The notes below the pieces were generated by a model. That model was not told the DNA's origin. It searched no databases and saw only the letters and a program-made list of their open reading frames with translations. Made by a program: the position numbers and the translations under genes. Positions 51,288 to 64,000 of a stretch of 64,000 nucleotides of DNA are shown here, one piece after another (the stretch's first letter is position 1; every line of letters begins with the position of its first letter). Source of the DNA: Camelus dromedarius (Eukaryota); assembly GCF_036321535.1 (NCBI RefSeq), contig NC_087472.1, positions 98,830,001 through 98,894,000 of the forward strand. Direction: 5' to 3'.

Positions 51288-53486
51288 ACCACACTACAGT
51301 ACCTTTCATTTAAGGGCTTCCAGGGTATTTTTCTAGCTGGTCATTAATATTATTCATCATCTAGAGGGATGTCTGACAGTATTAGTGGCAACTAGAAAAA
51401 TAAACATTTAAAATTATTTTTACCTCAAATACAAAATATTATTTGTTCTGCTTTAATTTTTTAAATAATGGTATTTCTATTATAGCGTTACTTTAAGTGT
51501 TATTTATGCAATTGTCTATTTTCTCACACTAATTTCTAAGCATCCAAAACGCTCCTGTGTCTCCCACAGCCCCTAGTAATTTGCTTTCCAAATAGCAGAC
51601 ATTCAATAACTGTCAGTGTAATTGAATGAGGAAAAAAATGTTGTACAATGTTTCTCATTAAATCGAAGATGTATGGAGAGCAGCTTTAGATGCTAAAGCT
51701 CTTCAGTAATATTTTCCATGACTATTAAAAACTTCACAGAAAGGACAATTTAATATCTTCTTTGTGAATAGATAGCAAGACTTAAAAACTGCTGTTATCA
51801 GATGTGAAAATTTACAATGAGACGTTTAAAAATTATTAGTTACTTTAAAAGCCACACAGTGTTCTATTTTTCTCCCTGAAATAACTTTCTCAATTAGCTA
51901 ATTTATAATGCACACACTAAAAGGCATTAAAATATAACTTTTATTATTGGATATTTCACAGGCTCTAATGGAACTTTAGAATATGTCTAAAATAATTTCT
52001 AGTGCTTCAAGTAATTATTGATTCAGCATAGAACTATTTGTCATGCAGGAGACTATTCTTGAAGAGTGATGTTTTTAGAACATTGTTTATATGGCGGTGT
52101 CTCATGTAAATTTTGCTGCTAGACGTGACTATTATCTTGTATATTTCACCACCTCCCTTCTTCTCTTCCTCCCATAAATCAGAATATTGGAAAGATAATC
52201 AGAACACTTTACCATGCATATATATGACAGCAAATAGTATGAGATTTTTTCCATATCTCTGTCTTCAAGTTGAAAATCAAATTGAAGTATTTATCTATAT
52301 ACTGTGGATTTTACTGGTGCAGCTAAGCATTTCTTTATAACTGAATCAAATATAATTTGGTATTATTAAGTGAGATGAGGTGACTCATGAGCTATTGACC
52401 AAATTCTAGTGGTTAATTAGCAGCAGTATGCTATAACCCCCGCCCACCCACAGTTACTATTGTGGCTAAAGGAATTTTAATTAGCTATGTGAGACCTGAG
52501 TCAAATACACCTGCAAGCTAGCTCTCTTATTTTTCAAAGCTCTCCTCCTAAGTTCTTGCTTTGGAATTTCTATTACCCAAAGGTAGTGATTACGACTTCC
52601 TTGGGCTTTTACTACCTTCCTTTCTTTTGCTCCTACTTCTCTACCTACATTACCCTTTGCAAACTCAGATTGATCATAATAAATCTGATAATGGGACCAA
52701 AGGCTTTCAGTTTCTTCATGATAACCCAAACATTCCAACCTGGCTCCATGTGAATCTGCTCAAGTTTCCCGACTAATTTGGCCCTCATTTCCAGCAGGGT
52801 TGCTAGAAAGGGCCATTTTGGAAGTTAACTTAGATTTCCAATCAGTATGCTGTTCACTCACTCCAATACTGGCTTCAAGGTAACTTCTAATGCTTTCAAA
52901 GCATTTATCTTGTATGACTTAGAACAAAGTATTTGGAATGATCTGGGGAAGACTGGAATAGGAATGAGGAGAGAAGACCTTTTCCTTCAGCTTATATTTC
53001 TGACTGTTCAAAAATATACCTAAGCTGGGATGGATACATTTGTGGGTGAATAATAAAATTAAAACATTAAAAATAGAATGAGGTCTGCCTTGAGCTTAAG
53101 GTGAGTGAGTGAATTATGTGCCCGATTAAATTAGCATTGCACAGAAGTGGAACCAGAAGGAGGGTAGAGTGTAACAGCTCTCTTCCCTCTGGGGTGACTT
53201 TTCCATCTGCACACTGCAAGCCTGCCACCAGATAGTGAATGGTGAGAGATCCTAAATGACAGGTGGCAGAAGAATACAGAAGAGTCTTATTAGCCAACTC
53301 CTACAATATATATTCTGGGTGCTGCTACTTGAGCATTTTTTCCCCTTAAAGAGTGCCTGTTAGCAGACATTAAACATAGAAATAATTTGCTTTACCTCAT
53401 GACCTCCTTATAGGTGGAGGGGTGCATTGAAGATACTCATGGGAAAGCATAAAGAAGTGAGGGTACAGATGTTACTTTTTGGTGGC

Positions 53487-53787
53487 TGTTATCTGAGTAT
53501 TTGTGTCCCCTCAAAATTCATATGTTGAAATGCTGATGCCCAATGTGATGGTATTAGGAGATGGGGCCTTTGGGAGGTCCTTAGGTCTTGAGGATGGAGT
53601 CTTCATGAGAGGGATTAGTGTTCTTAAAGAGAGACCCTAGAGAGATCCCTTCTACTTTCTGCACTGGCTATGAACCAGAAAGAGCTCCCACCCCACCAGA
53701 ATGCAACCATGCTGGTACCTTGATCTTGGAATTCCCAACCTCCAGAACTGTGAGAAATAAATGTATGAAATAAGTTCTCTGTACTTG
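53487..53787 (+). mobile_element. MLT1A/MST-type LTR, 3'-truncated
   Basis: tgtgtcccctcaaaattcatatgttgaaa..aatgtgatggtattaggagatggggcctttgggagg..cctccagaactgtgagaaataaa. Confidence 0.85.
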
Positions 53788-53991
53788 TGACTCTTTTTGT
53801 GTTTAGTAATATTTGTTCATTTGTTTTCTTTTTTAGATTCCACATATAGGTGAAATCATACAGTATTCCTCTTTCTTTGTCAGAGTTATTTCACTTAGCA
53901 TAATACCCTCTAAGTCCATCCATGTTGTCAAACATGGCAAGATTTCATTCTTTTTTATGGCTGGTAATATTCCATTATGTGTGTTTGTGTG

Positions 53992-54028
<37 letters not shown>

Positions 54029-54983
54029 CACTTATTTATCTATTCATCTATTGATGGATACTTAGGTTGCTTCCATATCATGGTTATTATAAATAATGCT
54101 GTGATGAACATAGGGGTGCATATATCTTTTTGAATTAGTGTTTTTGGTTTTATTCAGGTAAATACCCAGAAATGGAATTGCTAGATCATATGGTAGTTCT
54201 ATTTTTAGTTTTTTGAGGAACCGCCATATGTTTTCCATAGTGACTGCACCAGTGTACATTCCCACCAACAGTACACCAGGGTTCCCTTTTCTCCCATCCT
54301 CACCACTGCTTGTTATTTGTTGTCTTTTTGATGATAGCCATTGTGACAGGTATGAGGTGATATTTCATTGTGGTTTTGATTTGCATTTCCCTGATGACTA
54401 GTGATGTTGAGCAGCTTTTCATGTGCCTGTTGGCCATCTGTGTCTTCTTTGGAAAAATGTCTATTCAGGTATTCTGCCCACTTTTAAATCAGGTTGTTTG
54501 GGTTTTTTTGATGTTGAGTTGTTTGAGTTCTTTGTATATTTTGAATATTAACTTCTTACCATGTGTATTGTTTGCAAATATCTTCTCCCATTCAGTGGGT
54601 GGCCTTTCTGTTTTGTTGACAGTTTTCTTCACTGTAAAAAAAGCTTCTTAGTTTGATGTAGTCCCATTTGTTTATTTTTGCTTTTGTTTCCCTTGCTTGA
54701 GGAGTCGTATGCAAGAAAATTTGGCTAAGACCAATGTCAAAGAGCATACTGACTGTTTTCTTTTAAGAGTTTTATGGTTTCAGTTCTTACTTTTGAAATA
54801 TTTAATCCATTTTGAATTTATTTTTGTATATGGTATGCTAGAGTAGTCTTGTTTGATTCTTTTGCATGTAGCTATCCAGTTTCCCCAACACATTTAGTGA
54901 AGAAGCTGTCTTTTCCCCATTGTATGTTCTTGCATCCTTTGTCATAGATTAATTGCCCATATAAGTGTGGGTCCATTTCTAGA
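53788..54983 (-). mobile_element. L1 fragment (ORF2 end and part of 3'UTR) with internal (GT)n
   Basis: ORFs 54062..54268 ([23 protein letters not shown]) and 54872..55075 ([22 protein letters not shown]) match the L1 ORF2 C-terminus. Confidence 0.92.
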
Positions 54984-57268
54984 GAAACTAAGTCTTGATA
55001 ACACCTTTCAAGCACTGACTCCAACTGTGCTTGTAACCAGTCTTGCCTCTGGATCAGGCTGCTTCTCGATTTCATTTATGTAAATCAGTAAATTCCTTTA
55101 ATTCTTTTTTTTTTCCTTAAACTAGTTTGATTTGGGTATTCTGTTACAACCAAAATTGCCCAGATTTACATAGATATGAATACCACTCAAGCATCTCCAC
55201 AGTTGAAGATTGATCTGTGATTGTGTGGGGCCCACACCATTGGACATTTATTTATCTAGTAATCAATCAAGAATAAGAACTACTTTTCAGAAAAGTTTGT
55301 TTGATAGTCAGAGTTTTAAATTATTCTACTGGCAAAACTACCAATCCATCTACTAATTGGTTTGTGAATAATTAAAAAATGGTCCAAGGTCATTACAAAA
55401 CCTCAAGTTAATTCCTGGTGTCTAGAGTATGCATTGTTCATGTAGTGTTATGAGATAAATGCTCTCATAATAAATGAAAAAGAAACAGAATAATGACATT
55501 TATATAATATAGAATAAAATGGAAAATCAGAATGTGGAACTTTATGAGGAATCTCTTTAAAAAAAGCAACTGGGAAACATCTCAAGCATGAGGCTTTAGA
55601 ATGTAGCAGTTTCATTGAGAGAAATAATTTGTGAAACAATTTGGAACTCCTGTAAAACTTTCAATCTTTATTAAAATTTTCTGGTGCTTAAGTTATTTCA
55701 ACTTTAATTAAAAATTACCCTTATGTAATAGTTGATATACATGATATATGGATATAAGCTATAACCATTACAGTCACTGTTTTTAAAGAAATGAATATTT
55801 ATTTGATAAATACTGCTTTTCTGAAAATACTGTACAAACAGGTGATTTAAATTATTTTTTGTTTTGTCCCACTGCTAAAGGATTAATTCTCAGTGGACAC
55901 ATATTTCAGAAACTAGTTACTGTACCTAAAATTAAATGTTAATGTTGCCCTTTCTAAGAGAGACAATAGACAGCCATCTTAAGAAGATGGATTTCAAAGT
56001 ATAAATGTCAGAAAAACCCAACAGTCCAGAAATTTTCCAAGATATCTTTTGAAGCAACTGAAATAAAAGGCCAGGCTTAAGTCTACAAAGGCCTTTCTTT
56101 CAACTTGGTAATTAAAAGAGGGAGGGAGTTTGACTAGTTTTTTTTTTTTTAAACACTACTTAAATGTTGATGAAAGAATGAGTGGATCTGGTAAATAAAC
56201 CAGAACAACCCCATTCATAATGGATCAATTATGTCCACAAGAAGTGAAGGTATGATTTCGGTAATGCTGTTAGCTTAGTTTAGGTCTGTGAAGACAGTGA
56301 AGGCAACAGTGAGTTGCAATGAGCCAGCAACATACCGAACTGTCCTGGAATCAAATGATCCAGTTGGGAATCTCAACTCTGCTACTTCCTAGCTGCATGG
56401 CCTTGGGGTGTTTACTTATTTTCTCCAAACCTGAGATTCCTGGTGTATAAAATGGGTCAAACATGCTAGTTACTATCACTTAAGTTTTTCACATTATAAT
56501 AATATTTGTTATTTGTAAAGTATTTCTCTGTGCCATGTGCTACACTACACATAACACACACAACACACACACACACACACATACTATACCCTTAAAATTC
56601 TATGAGATTGGTATTTTAATTCCTGTTTAAAACATTATAAGATAGATAAGATGTAGAGACTGAGCCTCAGGTAAGTTATTTACCTCACTCAGGGTCACAT
56701 GGCTTCTGTACAGCCAATCTTGGATTTGAACAAAAGTCTGTCTGATTCCATAGACAATGATCCTAATTTATAAAACTAAACAACCTGTATATGTTGTAAT
56801 AAGAGAGTAATTTGGAACCTGTACTTTGAACCACATCACAATCCATAGTGTGGGGAGTGCTTGCTAATTTTGCCTGTTCCTTAGACAGTTCAAGAATGTG
56901 TAAAAAAGAACTTTGTGTAAAAACCATAAACCACATACTGGCTTTGGGATGAAACTGAGATAGACAGATCCTATAGCTGTGGAACTGCAGGGGAAACAGA
57001 TTAGCTTATGCGATTTAGAGGCAGAGCTATGAGCCAACAGGAACTGCAAGATGTGGTCACGGTCAGTCAGCAGATGACGGAGCAAATTTCTACTCACTGT
57101 GGAGAAACCAAAGTCAGAAAGCACACCCAAACCCCACTGTGACATTAGAATCTTCCTCATCTCATAACTCTAGGCAACCACTGACATTAATTGAGTTTAG
57201 CAGATAATATCAAACTTGAGCTCATGGACCCACAAAGGTCATGAAACTCTGCTCACATAGCAAATCTT

Positions 57269-57543
57269 TTTTTTTTAATTGAAGTATAATCAGTTTACAG
57301 CGTGTCAATTTCTGGTGTACAGCATAATGTTTCGGTCATACATATACACATGTATATTCGTTTTCATATTCTTTTTCATTATAGGTTACTACAAGATACT
57401 AAATATAGTTCGCTGAGCTATACAGTAGAAACTTCTTGTTTATCTATTTTATATATACTGGTTACTATTTGCAAATCTCAAACTCCCAATTTATCTCTTC
57501 CCACCCCGTTTCCCACCAGTAACCATAAGATTGTTTACTACGT
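57269..57543 (-). mobile_element. Young short L1 3' end
   Basis: T-tail followed by L1 3'UTR. TSD ctcacatagcaaatctt/ctcatgtagcaaatctt at 57252-57268 and 57544-57560. Confidence 0.9.
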
Positions 57544-57909
57544 CTCATGTAGCAAATCTTAACGCTGGTGCAAGGCTGTGCTGGCTTTATTGGTTTGAGA
57601 ATTTTAGAGGTGCAGATGCCTAAAATCCCAGTTAGCCAGATTTTAATGACTGCTCTGCTTCTGGTATCATCCTCCCTGAAATCACCAAAATACTTTCAGT
57701 TCCTCAAATGACCTGAAGCCTTTTTTTTTTTTTTTTTTGTCCTCATGGCTTTTCACATGCTGTTCCTTTTGCCCAGAAGACCCTTTCTGTCCCTGTCCTC
57801 TAGGCAGCCCTATTTATTCTTCTAGTCAAATGCAGGTAATGTCTCTTCTATGAGGCTTTTCTTGACTTTCCCAGGCCATGTTCTGAGCATAGCACGCTGT
57901 GTGTAATGA

Positions 57910-58135
57910 GTGTAGTAACCATTTATTCTGTGCCAGACACTATGCTAAATCCTTTGTATATATTATTTTAGGTACTCTGTATAGTAACTTTAGGAATTAA
58001 GTATTGATATCCCTGTTTTAAACAGAAAGATATTAAGGTATAGAGAGTTGCAATGACTTACCCAAGAACACACTGCTATCAAGTAGTGGATCTCAAATTT
58101 GAACCCAAACTTGAGTCTTATCTACACCAATGCGC
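57910..58135 (-). mobile_element. MIR SINE
   Basis: tgccagacactatgctaaat..aatgacttacccaagaacacac..tttgaaccca. Confidence 0.7.
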
Positions 58136-59899
58136 ATCATCATGATGTTGCTCAGGTGTCTGTGTTTAATGATCTCTCTCTTCCTGTAGTCATTTTTGTA
58201 TTTCCTAGGCTAAACAAACAGTAGTGCCATACATGTATATGAAATGTTGAAGAGACTGGGATCTGTGGGGATGGGACTGAGCAAATGCCAAAGAACAATA
58301 TAATACAGCCATTAAATCCATAGTAAAAATTTAAATCATACCATCATATTTAAAATCTGTAAAAGCTGATTAGGAAAAGGCTGAGAATAGATGGTCATTT
58401 CTGCTTCTTTGTTCAAATATAAATAAGGGAAATGGCTAGTATTTCTTAAAAACTACCAAATGATTGAAGTAAAAACAGTGTAAAAGGTCTATAACAGTCA
58501 TATGTCACAGCATCCATGTCCCCCACTTACATCTTGAATGGTGCATAAAGAGAAATAACTTTGGCTTCTGCCATCTGTTCTCTGCATCAAGAGTAAGTAC
58601 CATGGAAGGGACTGAGAACGCATTTTATGCAAGGACTGTCACACAAAGAGCAGACATTAAGACTGAAATTGCAGCTCTCAGACTGCGGAGCTGAACAATA
58701 GTCAAAGATGGGAGAAATCCTAACAGCTGGCAAGTCAGGGAAAGGAAGATGGGGAAATGAATCTCATTGTTTATCTAGCTTCTAAAGATGAAGTCATAAA
58801 AACCATACAACCTAATTGCAGCTCTGTTGTCATTCCAGTAGTGTCTTTTTGCACCACTCAAGTCTAGCCATCTGGGTTCCATTCTTCCCTATTTATCTTA
58901 CTTATTCTTTATGATATAGTTCAAATATCACCTCCTTTGTGATGTATCACCTCCTTGTGACATACCTGGTCCCCTAGTCAGCATTGATAACCCCACCCTT
59001 TTTGCTTACAAATAACCCTATTTGTACCTCAATTTAGTAGTTCTTAGCTAGATCCAAGACCAAGTTTGAGCCTATTAAGAGCAGAAAACAGTTCTTTCTT
59101 ATCTTCTCTGCTCATGCTAACTGCCTAGCACATAGCTGAGTTCAAACTAGGCTTTCAATGAAGGCTTGTTGAATTGAAATAAATCTGTTAAGGTTGAGGA
59201 ATTACTGAACTATAAATCTTTCTTGACCAAATGAATTATTCATCTAAGGAAAAACTTTAAAGAATCAGGAAGTCTCAAATCATCTCCTTTGAGTTCTGTT
59301 TGTACTTGATAATAATTTTTTTCTGAAATTTTAGCCTTTGAATTGCATACTTTATTAGCACAAAGGACTTCCTCAGAGACAAACTCAGATATTATATATA
59401 ACTTTGGCTGAGTCATACTTTAATATCCCTTCAGCTTTCTCAGTAGTCAACCTTGATTCTTTGTTAGATTTCCTGGAAAGCACCCACAGCAGCTGCTCCT
59501 GCCACTACCACTACTCATGTTGGCCAGACTATGTTTGCTGCAAGTGTCAGGGGTCTAGGCAAGTAGGTCTCTGACTGAAGAGAGACCTCTAATGGATGAA
59601 GCAGCCAGGAGAGTAAACCTAAAATCCTGTAGTGTGTGGGAAATGGAAAAGGAGAAGTTTGGGCAGAGAAAATGAATAATAAAACTTATGAGGAAAGAGA
59701 GAGCTCTCCACATTAAAAGTCTTTAAATTTGTATTTATTCATTGGGTTATCCATTTTAAGCCCAAACTTAGAGGCTTTTCCTAAGGCTATTTTGTAAAAT
59801 GGAATAAGACTAGAACTGTTAATATCATTGTGGCATACATGCACAGTTAAAATGACTTAACCAGCATCAGTTTTCAAAGTTTCATGTGCTACATAGTTA

Positions 59900-60200
59900 C
59901 ACCCATTAGAATGATTTTGGCTGCAAGTAACAGAAAACCCAATTCAAAATGACTTAAACCACATGCTGTTTATTATTTCACATAACAAAATGCCCAGAGA
60001 TAGGGCATCTCTATGGTTTATTTCAATTAACCAATGATTTATTTTATTATGGACTCAAGTTCTTTATTTTCTGTATGATAGCTCCCCTCATGGTTGTAAA
60101 TGTCTGCAGTAGCTCTACCATTACCTTTTTGTACAGCTAAGTTCAGAGGCAGAAAAAAAGTACTTATATATTTTTTTTGTTAAGAAACATTTCCCAGATA
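59900..60200 (-). mobile_element. Old MLT1-type LTR fragment
   Basis: ttagaatgattttggctgcaagtaacagaaaacccaattcaaaatgacttaaac. Confidence 0.6.
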
Positions 60201-61237
60201 TAACATTTCCAAGCAGTAAGTGTTGGTTATCTTAGAATCTCCATTTAATGTTTTTCTACATAGCAAATTATTGTCCAGCCTAGATGGGGTTCTATCCAAA
60301 GTATGGAAGGTGGGCCAACTGAATCTGAAGGGCTAGGTTTCCACATAGATTGATTACAAAGGACTAGCATTTTACATCATACTTAAAATCCTACTATTCT
60401 ACTCTCATTCCTTTCAACTTTCCTGAGAGGAGTTACATTAGAAGTGATTTCCAATGTTGGTCGCACATTCCTTTTCCTCATCTCTACATAAAAGACTATT
60501 TTGGGGTAAGAATACGTTGGAACATTACTTCAAAACCTCTTTCTTGAAATTTTCCTGCATGGAATGGCATTGTTTTTAGCAGACATTGCTCACTATTCTA
60601 TCCAGATAAGAGGAAGAAGAGGCCGGAGCAGCAGTCACAAAATTTATTAGTTTCTATAGAACTAACAGCTAACTCTACCATGCTGTTTCTTTTAGTATCT
60701 CCTACTTTGAGCAGGGAAGGGAGAGGGCAGAAATACTTCTCCCGACCGCACTGTTTTATTGACTGCCTCTCGTCATTTCTTTCCTACTAGAGATATTATG
60801 TTGTGGATAACTGTGAGGGGATAATTTTACTGTTTATATGACAGTTAAGAGAGAATTGGAAACATCTTCACACTTAGAACACAGTGCACAGTTTCTTGTG
60901 AACAACATGATACTGTTTTGTTTTATGAGAGTGTATAGGTATTTTTTAATAATGGAATTATTTGCAACCTTCATTAGTACATTTAAATGGTATCATTTAT
61001 TAAAATACAAATAAATCATTGGGTTAAAAGTTATAATTCATGTATCCTAGGTATTCCCGAATCCCTCAGCTTTAGAGAGAACTCTCAATTTAATACTTAC
61101 ATAAAGTTGTTTGAGTCCACATCTCACATTGTGGGAGGCTTAGCATTTCCCAGTATCTCTAAGAGTTCGTAGGGAAGCATACATGTCTCCTAGTCATCTC
61201 TTGTTCTAATACCTATATTTCTCTGCATTCTTTATTA

Positions 61238-61452
61238 AACATTGTCCATTAGAAATATAATAAAAGCCATATACAGAATTTAAATTTTTCTTGTAGCCAC
61301 ATTAGGAAAACAAAATGAAACAAATGAAATTAATTTTAGCATTATATCTTTAAAAACCCAGATGTCCAAATATCATTCCAGCATGTGGCATCAGCTATGT
61401 TTCAAGTGTTCAGTACCATGTGGCTAGTAGCTACTGTATTGGTCAGCATGGC
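61238..61452. mobile_element. MER33/MER3-type hAT-Charlie element
   Basis: attgtccattagaaatataat..ttaaatttttcttgtagccacatt..catgtggctagtagctactgtattgg. Confidence 0.75.
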
Positions 61453-63666
61453 TCTATATCCTCGTATCTCATTTCCAATGATGGGTCTCTTCCCTCTTTG
61501 CCAATCTTAATACGGAACAGTGACCTTTTTTTCTGATTCCCCAAAGCAACCATGAACAAAGGATTTTGCCTGTACCACACTTCAAGGCTTGGGGAGAATG
61601 GATGGTTAAATTATTACACAGCATGCCCAACTACTGGACAACTGAAAATCCCAGTTTTTCATGTCCTTCTGCCCTTTTTGTCATAAAGAATTTTTCTCTA
61701 AACATTTCTTCCCAAACTTCAACCTCCCACCACTCTTCTAAGTAGAATATTAATGGTAAAGGATTATGGGCATGAAAGAAATTGTGTTTCAGAACTTAAG
61801 CAAAAAGAGAAATGTCAAGATCCTACCATCCTACCCATCTCAAGGTCACATCTCGAAGAAAGCCTTTCCTGACTTTAACAAATAAACATAAATCCTTAAG
61901 GAAACTTGGCTGAATTTTTCTCAGGATGGTCAACATATTTTGACTTGTAATAGCAACATTTGTATTTACTTAGACCCCTCCTTGTCCCCCACAGAACTTG
62001 AGGCCTGCTTTGTTTTTAAGAAATGAATCTCCTCTTACTTGCTCATGTTTCCTTGCCTATTTTTGATAGCTCCTGACCACTCTCTGACTTGTGCCAGCAC
62101 AGGAGCTCTGATCACTCACAACCAAATTCTCTCTCTTGATTTGGAAGCTCATGCCACTCTCCACTGTCAGCTTAACTAACCAAACTGCAGTCACTACCTG
62201 GTCCAGATTAGCCTGTCTTGGTGCAGGTGTGTGTAACCAACCTGTCTGCCTCATGTCTGCACCTTCCTTCAATACCTCTGTCATTCCATCCATCTTCTTC
62301 CAGGGCATTTAGTGGGACCCAGGTTAGCTTGGTTTGAGCCATAATATGATACAACTTGGCATATTTTTAAAAATCAAAACTATAGCTGATAAAGGCTTGA
62401 GAATAAGCTCTGACTTATATGACAAAAAATCTCAAACTGGAGATGAGACATTGGTTAACTAGTGAAAACTAAATTACAAGCAAAAGGAAATATTTCAGAT
62501 GGCTACAAAGCTTGGCTGTTAATAGCTCTGGAATCTAACTCTTCCCAATGCCATGTGCTACCCCACATACTTGCCCCGCAGAACATGATGAGCCATTATA
62601 GCCGTTGCTTTGGTGATAATTTTAATTACAACACACAAACATTTTGACAATAATTTACATCCTTAGATATTAAAAAATTAAAAAAATAAAAGTGCAGTCA
62701 TGGTAAGAAGTGTTTGTGGCAGGGGTGAGAGAGATCTTTAGTATTCTTATGTAATTTGAGAATTCCCAAATCTCTTGACTTGTAAATATTATAATATGAC
62801 CAAAACAATATACAATGTTAAATTTTTTGATAATCATCAAAATAAAATGCCAAGTTTCACTGAAAATGCATCTCTTGATGATAAGAATGGGGCCTTTTTC
62901 ATTTACTCATGTGTTTAAGGATGACTATCACTTATTGCTAGAATGAAAAGAGGTTAGCCTCAGTTCTCATCCAGTTTTACATGTTATGTATGTAAGCATT
63001 GAGCAGGCTTGTGCACATACAGAAGTGGATGAGAAGGGGAGGAGTTTAGTTATAGCAATACCACTCAATTTTTTCAATGTCTTCTAAGTTCTATGCCAAA
63101 AATCACATGTGCTTTGCTATCAAAAACTTCTTTTAATGACTGGTCAACCAACAACTTAATGAAGTACTGTTTTCAGTTTTGCTGAAAGCACAGAATTGCA
63201 AACTGTGACTTGGCAAAGGATTTGTTATCTTCTCATTAGAACCTTTCACTTTTACAACAGTGAAATCAGTATTTCGAATTGTCACCTTGTTTAACATCAG
63301 GGAAGTTTCCACACCCGGGGCAATGCTCAATAGTTGGGTTCAGGATGATTGAGAAATAGGCTTTTCATTTTGTAAAGTAGGAGAGGTATGATTCTAACAG
63401 TAAAAGTGGGGAAGGAAAAGCAGAATGATGGTAAGCACATTCTTGGTCAGACCATTTTAGGAAAGGATACACAGGAGAGTTGAAGATCTAGAAATTGTTT
63501 CCTTTAAAACCATCCTTGCCCACGTTCCCATCAGATAATTTTTGTGTACCTGAAGGAGTCCCCAGAACCCCCTAGTCTAAAACCCTCTGCAGTTCCTTTG
63601 GCATTACTTAATGATATTCAGCAGGTTAATAATCATATATCACGCTGGGAATTTTCTTGTATTTTT

Positions 63667-63831
63667 TGGTATATATATATATTTTTTTTCTGATTGAGTA
63701 TAGTCAGTTTACAATGTGTCGATTTCTGGTGTACAGCATAATGCTTCGGTCATACATGAACATGCATATATTTGTTTTCATATTCTTTTTCACCATAAAT
63801 TACTACAAGATATTGAATACAGTTCCCTGTG
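63667..63831 (-). mobile_element. Young short L1 3' end, same family as 57269-57543
   Basis: Near-identical to the 57.3 kb copy (MSISGVQHN.. ORFs in both). TSD ttcttgtattttt at 63654-63666 and 63832-63844. Confidence 0.9.
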
Positions 63832-64000
63832 TTCTTGTATTTTTGATTTAGAGTTTTATGTATTTAATTACTTAATTTCCCCTAAAATATTAATTCATAT
63901 TTTCCTAATTAGATTATAAATTGTTTGAACATCAGGACTAGATGTTATTTATTGCCTCATCCATTGCAATACCGTTCACAAAGCTGAAGTGTGTTTAATT

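Noticed and set aside
58926..58960. Short tandem duplications (also ~23255, ~26405 and 33309-33340)
   Set aside because: Ordinary slippage-type duplications of 10-20 bp with only two units. They are not arrays and not CRISPR-like.

Overview
AT-rich mammalian non-coding DNA, intronic or intergenic. It is probably from a camelid, because it carries several tRNA-Ala-derived SINEs matching my recollection of the camelid vic-1 family. Much of the window is interspersed repeat: L1, L2, L3/CR1, MIR, MLT1 and LTR16/LTR33 LTRs, and MER5/MER3/MER33/Charlie/Tigger DNA transposons. I find no intact protein-coding gene and none of the listed ORFs is a credible CDS. The only recognisable gene-derived sequence is a full-length, disabled RPS15 processed pseudogene (minus strand, ~35967-36464) nested inside an L1, with a perfect 15-bp target-site duplication (TSD). 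One well-formed + strand candidate exon (27067-27145) ends in a Kozak ATG, and L1s are strongly biased to the minus strand; together these suggest a + strand host transcript that I cannot name. The most unusual structures are local templated-insertion scars. The best is at 21832-21936: a perfect 22-bp hairpin, an exact 37-bp copy of sequence 831 bp downstream, and a small palindrome. I see no evidence of a new multi-gene biological system. Repeat family names come from recalled consensus sequences and boundaries are approximate unless a TSD is given.
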